DNA from: Rubripirellula sp.
Lineage (GTDB): Bacteria; Planctomycetota; Planctomycetia; Pirellulales; Pirellulaceae
DNA length: 64,000 nt
Assembly (NCBI GenBank): GCA_965216875.1
Contig: OZ244207.1
Span: 5,216,001 to 5,280,000 of the forward strand
Reading direction: 5' to 3'
Positions 59,007 through 64,000 of this stretch are shown in pieces. The notes under the pieces are model-generated. The model was not told where the DNA came from. It ran no database searches and worked only from the letters and a program-made list of their open reading frames with translations. The first letter of the stretch is position 1; each line of letters begins with the position of its first letter. The position numbers and the translations under genes are program-made.

Positions 59007-61064
59007 GTGAAGTTTTTGTTTGAATCGGTTTCCGAAGGCAGCTGTCTGCTGAATCTTGACGCGAGGGAAATGGATGAAATCATCCAAGCCTCGGTCGATT
59101 TTCTCGTGCAAACGGGTCGCCTGCCGGAAGAACAGCGTGATCATGTCCTCGAAGGGATTTTGGAACGAGAACGAACCGTGCCCACCGTCATCGGGCATGC
59201 CTTCGCCGTCCCTCACTTCTACGACGATACCATCGAAAAACCGGCGTTGGTTTTTGTTCGGTTGCGGCACGCGGTCAATCTGGGCGCTCCCGACGGCATC
59301 GCCACCCGATACGTCTTCTTGATGATCGGCTCTCGGGCACAGACACAACAGCATCTCGATCTGTTGTCGTCGATCGCCCGATTGATGTCCGACAACGTCT
59401 TTCATTTCGAAGCGACCTACGCCAAGACTCAACAAGACGTCCTCGATGCGATCGAGCGGCACGTCAACCGCAACGTGTTGGCGGCTCCGCCCAAACCGCG
59501 GACGGTCAGCGAAGGCTTGCAGGCTGAAGCCAAGCCGCTTTCCGGGATTGTCGGCGACTTGAGGAGGCGATTGCCTCACCTTGTCGATGACTTCCGCAGC
59601 GGACTGCAGGGAAAATGCGTCGCCTCGATCATCTTCCTTTTCTTTGCCTGCCTCGCCCCAGCGATCACCTTTGGCGGGATCATGGGGATCGCGACCGGGG
59701 GCCAAATCGGCGCCTCGGAGATGCTGCTCGCTTCTGCTGCGTGCGGGATCCTGTATGCGATTTTCGCTGGTCAGCCGCTCATCATCCTGGGCGGGATCGG
59801 GCCGTTGCTGATCTTCACCATCATCCTGTACAGGTTATGCGGTGACTTCGGGCTCGAGAACCAGTTCCTGGGGGTCTACGGCTGGGTCGGGATCTGGACG
59901 TCCGTCTTGACCGTTGTGCTTGGCATCACCAACGCCAGCAATCTGATGCGGTTCTTTACTCGGTTTACCGATGAAATCTTTTCGGTACTGATGTCGCTGA
60001 TCTTTATCTATGAAGCCTTCAAAGCGATCGTCATCAGCTTTCAAGAAACCAAAGAGCTCGACTATGAAAGTGCGTTCCTCGCACTGATCCTGGCCCTTGG
60101 CACGTTCTACATCGCGATGACGCTGGCGGGGATTCGCCGCAGTAATTACCTGTTCCCGTGGATGCGTGAGTTCCTGGCCGACTTTGGACCGTCGATCGCC
60201 CTGGTCTGCATGGCTCTTGTCGCGTTCTTCTTCAGCGACGGTGTCGACCTGAAAACACTCGAAGTGGGTGCAGGAGGCATCGGCACCACAAGCGGCCGGC
60301 CTTGGCTGGTCGATCTGGGGAGCGTGCCGGTTTGGGTGCGGTTCGCAGCCATCGGGCCCGCGGCTCTGGCGACCGTGCTGGTCTTCCTTTCACAGAACAT
60401 CTCCGCCCGATTGGTCAACAGTCCACAGAACAAGTTGGTCAAAGGCGAATCCTATCACTGGGACCTGACCCTGGTCGGACTCTTGATTGGTGGTTGCTCG
60501 TTCTTTGGGTTTCCTTGGCTGGTTGCGGCGACCGTCCGCTCACTCGCCCATGTTCGGGCACTCGCCGACGTAGAAGAAATCATCGACGGTGGCGGCAACA
60601 AACGTGAACAGATCATTCACGTGACCGAGAACCGCGTCACAGGTCTCGCGATTCATCTCTTGATTGCGGCAGCCCTGTTCGTGTTACCGCTATTGAAATA
60701 CGTCCCGATGGCGGCCCTGTACGGCATCTTCCTGTACATGGGCTTTGTATCGCTGCGTGGCGTTCAGTTCGTCGAACGGTTGGGACTTTGGATCACCGAC
60801 TCGTCGATGTACCCGCTGAATCACTACACACGGCGCGTTCCGATCAAGACGATCCACCTGTTTACGTTCATACAGTTCGTCTGCCTTGCGATCCTTTGCG
60901 TGATCAATGTCAGCCCGTTTAAGCCAGTCCAGATTCTCTTCCCGGTCTTCATCGCATTGCTTGTCCCGGTGCGATGGTGGATCACTCGCTTCTTCGAGTC
61001 CGACCATCTGGCATTCCTCGACGCCGACGAAGAACCCGAAGCCGAAGAATCGCACTGGTTCTAA
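59007..61064 (+). CDS. PTS EIIA domain fused to an SLC4 (HCO3- cotransporter/band 3) membrane domain
   Basis: EIIA: ILERE, TVIGHAFAVPH, HLDLLSSIARL. SLC4: FFACLAPAITFGG, FAGQPL, FTRFTDEIF, KLVKG.SYHWDL, PWLVAATVRS, ENRVTG, YGIFLYMG, IHLFT.IQ. Confidence 0.9.
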   Translation: MKFLFESVSEGSCLLNLDAREMDEIIQASVDFLVQTGRLPEEQRDHVLEGILERERTVPTVIGHAFAVPHFYDDTIEKPALVFVRLRHAVNLGAPDGIATRYVFLMIGSRAQTQQHLDLLSSIARLMSDNVFHFEATYAKTQQDVLDAIERHVNRNVLAAPPKPRTVSEGLQAEAKPLSGIVGDLRRRLPHLVDDFRSGLQGKCVASIIFLFFACLAPAITFGGIMGIATGGQIGASEMLLASAACGILYAIFAGQPLIILGGIGPLLIFTIILYRLCGDFGLENQFLGVYGWVGIWTSVLTVVLGITNASNLMRFFTRFTDEIFSVLMSLIFIYEAFKAIVISFQETKELDYESAFLALILALGTFYIAMTLAGIRRSNYLFPWMREFLADFGPSIALVCMALVAFFFSDGVDLKTLEVGAGGIGTTSGRPWLVDLGSVPVWVRFAAIGPAALATVLVFLSQNISARLVNSPQNKLVKGESYHWDLTLVGLLIGGCSFFGFPWLVAATVRSLAHVRALADVEEIIDGGGNKREQIIHVTENRVTGLAIHLLIAAALFVLPLLKYVPMAALYGIFLYMGFVSLRGVQFVERLGLWITDSSMYPLNHYTRRVPIKTIHLFTFIQFVCLAILCVINVSPFKPVQILFPVFIALLVPVRWWITRFFESDHLAFLDADEEPEAEESHWF

Positions 61065-61068
61065 GAAA

Positions 61069-61299
61069 GTAGGGTGTGTGCTTGCACGCACCACCCACTC
61101 AAGAAACGAGGATGGCCACAAAAAGCACAAAAGAACACGAAAAGAAGGTTGCAGGTCTTTTCGTGACTTCTTGTGTTTTTCGTGGCTCACATCGGCAGTC
61201 GTTTCCCGGCACGCCGCAACTGCGAAACGCGCGAACGCTACTTTCGGCGGAGCGATCGGCGAGAATGGTCCATCGGGTGCGTGCTTGCACGCTCCCGAC
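61069..61299. repeat. Mosaic palindromic repeat cluster between convergent genes
   Basis: gtagggtgtgtgcttgcacgcacc ... gggtgcgtgcttgcacgctcccgac flank gccacaaaaagcacaaaagaacacgaaaa...ttttcgtgacttcttgtgtttttcgtggc. Confidence 0.78.
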
Positions 61300-61324
61300 G
61301 AAAACTGGCACAGCTTCCTGGTGG

Positions 61325-62131
61325 CTATTTCTTGCGACGGCGGTACCAGACAACGGCGCCGCCGAGCAAAGCGAGAACACCTAGGCTACCTGGCTCAGGC
61401 ACGCGGGCGGCCTCGAATTGAATGTCGTCGATCGCCACGTAGGTTGGCGTGTTGATGCCGAACGACCCAACGTCGGTGCTGGTGAATTCAATCCCAATGC
61501 GGGTTGCTTCGCCCAGCGATGTCAGGTCGACCCGTTGCCAATCCTCGACAATGAAATCGTTCGCAGGGTCGGCAAAACGATAGTCAGCCAAAATGTGCTC
61601 GACGAATCCGCCACCACCCGGTGTGAGGTCATTGAATCGCACCGTAAACAGGTCGGGCTCAGCTCCAGTGGGACCACCAAACGGATCCGCAAAGGCGTTG
61701 CCAAATTCCAAGATGAAGGCAGCGGTCGCTGTGTTGGTAACCCACAACGAGTCGAAGAACATCCCGCTCGGTGCTTCCATCACCGCCGTGTTGGGACTGA
61801 ACGAGTTTGCGACGGCCCAAGTGGACGAACCACCAACGCCGGCGCGCGGCTCCGAGGTCGTATCGTTGTCGTCGTTGAATTCCGCAAAGCCACCCGATGC
61901 ATGCGACGTGCGGTTGGAGTAGGCGAAGCCGTTCCAACTCTGAAAGGTGGGATCGTAATTGTTGTTGAAGCTGGCGCCATTCTCACTGAAACCGCCAGCG
62001 GCGTCGGCACCCACGTAGGCACTATCAGGTGAAAGGCCGGCGCCGAGCGTTTCGAAATCGACCACGGTGGTCGACCAACCGATCGGTTGGATCAAAAGAA
62101 CGCCTAGCACCATCAAAAAGATCCGAGGCAT
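61325..62131 (-). CDS. DUF4465-domain protein with PEP-CTERM sorting signal
   Basis: Signal peptide; SWNGFAYSN, LADYRF, DWQRVDLTSLG, STDVG.FGINTPTYVAID; VPEP + TM + RRRKK. Confidence 0.88.
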   Translation of the reverse strand: MPRIFLMVLGVLLIQPIGWSTTVVDFETLGAGLSPDSAYVGADAAGGFSENGASFNNNYDPTFQSWNGFAYSNRTSHASGGFAEFNDDNDTTSEPRAGVGGSSTWAVANSFSPNTAVMEAPSGMFFDSLWVTNTATAAFILEFGNAFADPFGGPTGAEPDLFTVRFNDLTPGGGGFVEHILADYRFADPANDFIVEDWQRVDLTSLGEATRIGIEFTSTDVGSFGINTPTYVAIDDIQFEAARVPEPGSLGVLALLGGAVVWYRRRKK

Positions 62132-62182
62132 GGTTTATGAACTCCCATTAAGGACTTGAAGCAAATCGTGTTGTGTTTGTGG

Positions 62183-62977
62183 TTAGAACGTGTCGGCCGG
62201 AATGACTTCGTGGCCAGCACGCGTAATTAATTGTCCGAGCACTTGAGTATCGATCGACTCGTTAAGCAAATGTGTCGACCCATCAAGCAACAGCACCATC
62301 GCGCCGGCCGGATGAAGTGATCGGATTTCGTTGTCGCCGATCCAGACGTTCTTGTCGTTGATCGGATGCGCCTGAACAAAAACGTTGCCGCCGTTGATCC
62401 ATTGGCTTTCCAAACTGAGCATGTCTTCGCCAGTCGCCATCGTGTTCGACAGGCCATCGATGCAATCGCGAAAGGCAATCTCTTTGTCGTAAAGGAAGAC
62501 GCCGTCATCGGGGCGACGGTCGACCAGGCGTTCGCCGAACAGGCCACCATAGGTGATTTCGCCACGCGGCCCGTCCTTTGGAATCGCGGTGGGACAAAGG
62601 TAGGCCTCGACGGGCGTCGCGGCCGCTTCGGCGTTGTCGGGATGGTCGTAGGCGAGATCAAAATCGACCGCTTCGTACAACGGTTGGTGCCCCATTTGAG
62701 GCAAGATCTGGGCCGACCAAGCGATCTGCTTGCGCGTGTCGGGTTGGCCCCAACCGCGTCGCTCGATGCACCCGATCGGCAGCGTGCGATGCAAGTTGTG
62801 ATACGCGTGAAGTGCCAAACCAATTTGATGCTGGTTGTTGCGACAGCTGGTTTGCCGAGCCGATTCGCGCGCAAACTGAACCGCCGGCAGGAGCAATCCG
62901 ACCAGGATGCCGATGATCGCGATCGAAACGAGTAGTTCGACCAACGTAAATGCGGTGCGGTGACCTCTTTGGCCCAT
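62183..62977 (-). CDS. DUF1559 prepilin-type N-terminal cleavage protein (H-X9-DG C-terminus)
   Basis: AFTLVELLVSIAIIGILVGLLLPAVQ.ARE.AR...C.NN..QIGLALH.YH; HPAGAMVLLLDGS. Confidence 0.93.
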   Translation of the reverse strand: MGQRGHRTAFTLVELLVSIAIIGILVGLLLPAVQFARESARQTSCRNNQHQIGLALHAYHNLHRTLPIGCIERRGWGQPDTRKQIAWSAQILPQMGHQPLYEAVDFDLAYDHPDNAEAAATPVEAYLCPTAIPKDGPRGEITYGGLFGERLVDRRPDDGVFLYDKEIAFRDCIDGLSNTMATGEDMLSLESQWINGGNVFVQAHPINDKNVWIGDNEIRSLHPAGAMVLLLDGSTHLLNESIDTQVLGQLITRAGHEVIPADTF

Positions 62978-63093
62978 GAATCAACCCGGCAGTGAAAATT
63001 GCGCAGGATCAATCGGTAACAAACTAGAATCGTAAGTTCGCACGGAATGCACGATTCGTGACGCCGACCTCGCCCAAGAAGGTCACTTGCGTC

Positions 63094-63340
63094 CGATGAG
63101 AGGTAGGTCTTCTGACTCTCGATGCACTAAGTGATTCGCCTTCTCGCCCAGGATTCCTGACCCGGAGCAATGGCCAAAAGAGTGAATCATTAGTTGGAAG
63201 CCCCGGTCGGGTTGCCAACGGCTGGCAGCCTAGCAATTGGGGATTTCCGCATCGAATACAGCGGCCGGGCCGTCCCGGAATTTCACCGGAGTTCCCTGTT
63301 CACGCGAAGAAAAGTCCTTCATTCGCGTCACCACTCATCG
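63094..63340 (-). promoter_or_regulatory. Cobalamin (B12) riboswitch
   Basis: Minus strand reads ggtg...AACAGGGAActccGGTGAAATTCCgggacggCCcggccgCTGTa...GCCATTG...GAGAAGGC...GAGTCAGAAGACCTACC (B12 box), closed by cgatgag/ctcatcg. Confidence 0.93.
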
Positions 63341-63421
63341 TTGGCGTGGAACTTAGCAATCGAGTCACGCACTGTCAAACGCCGATAGAGAGAGCATGCC
63401 GGTTCGACAAAGGGTGTAATC

Positions 63422-64000
63422 ATGATCTCCTTTTCCCGTGTTTCCGATTCGCGAGCGAGGACGGTTGTCCGCGAAATCGCCGTTGGCTCTCAAGCTCGCG
63501 GTCGTTTTTTTGTGATGCTGGTCACCGCCTCGATGATCGCGGCCTTCGGATTGTTAGCAAATAGCACCGCCGTGATTATCGGGGCGATGCTCGTTTCGCC
63601 TCTAATGACCCCCATTTTTGGGATCGCCCTGGGAATGCTCCGGGGGAACACCCGGCTGTGGTGGAGTGCCTTAGCGAGCGAATCGCTTGGCGTGGTACTG
63701 GCCGTGGGTTCATCCTTCCTGGTCGGGCTCGCACCCTACCTAGCGACGGGGGATGCCACAGATGAGATGCTGATTCGGACCCAGCCCAACCTGATCGACC
63801 TGTTCGTTGCCATCTTCGCCGGATTCGCAGGTGCCTATGCCTTGTTGGACGAGCGAGTTAGTCCGGCCATGCCAGGAGTTGCGATTGCAACCGCCATCGT
63901 GCCACCACTTTCGACCTGCGGCCTTTGTCTGGCGTTCGGGTCGTGGTCAGGTGCTTTTGGCGCGATGTTGCTGTTTCTTGCCAACTTCGTTGCGATCCTG
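63422..64000 (+). CDS. DUF389 (TIGR00341-type) membrane protein; 3' end runs off the window
   Basis: Manual translation: IAAFGLLANSTAVIIGAMLVSPLMTPI, RTQPNLIDL, PGVAIATAIVPPL. Confidence 0.88.
   Translation, partial: MISFSRVSDSRARTVVREIAVGSQARGRFFVMLVTASMIAAFGLLANSTAVIIGAMLVSPLMTPIFGIALGMLRGNTRLWWSALASESLGVVLAVGSSFLVGLAPYLATGDATDEMLIRTQPNLIDLFVAIFAGFAGAYALLDERVSPAMPGVAIATAIVPPLSTCGLCLAFGSWSGAFGAMLLFLANFVAIL

Noticed and set aside
62227..63012. 261-aa alternative-frame ORF overlapping the DUF1559 gene on the same strand
   Set aside because: Arg/Ser/Pro-rich off-frame translation, whereas the DUF1559 frame is intact from start to stop.

Overview
Gene-dense chromosomal window, most likely from a Planctomycetota bacterium of the Pirellulaceae type. 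This is inferred from the DUF1559 and PEP-CTERM proteins, the 'DWxQxRG' PQQ-like propellers, a prenyltransferase-repeat protein and the scattered flagellar genes. It holds about 55 CDSs: housekeeping genes (ald, mutM, trpB, fur-family), a flbD-motAB-fliL-fliN-fliO block, flgM, a Flp pilin, transporters, glycosyl- and methyltransferases and three radical SAM genes. About a dozen intergenic clusters of REP-like palindromes are present. I saw no rRNA, tRNA, CRISPR array, transposase or prophage. Four things stand out. (1) A cobalamin riboswitch sits upstream of a two-gene unit of DUF1559 pilin-like protein plus DUF4465/PEP-CTERM protein, with no BtuB, a candidate unconventional B12-capture module. 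(2) A Cys-motif-rich secreted operon has a PhnD-like binding protein and a signal-less PQQ-like propeller joined only by a -1 shift at an A10 run. (3) A bacterial SLC4/band-3-like transporter is fused to a PTS EIIA domain and lacks the canonical TM8 acidic residue. (4) The AmmeMemoRadiSam system occurs as a single polypeptide. All family calls come from motif recognition by eye, with no database searches.
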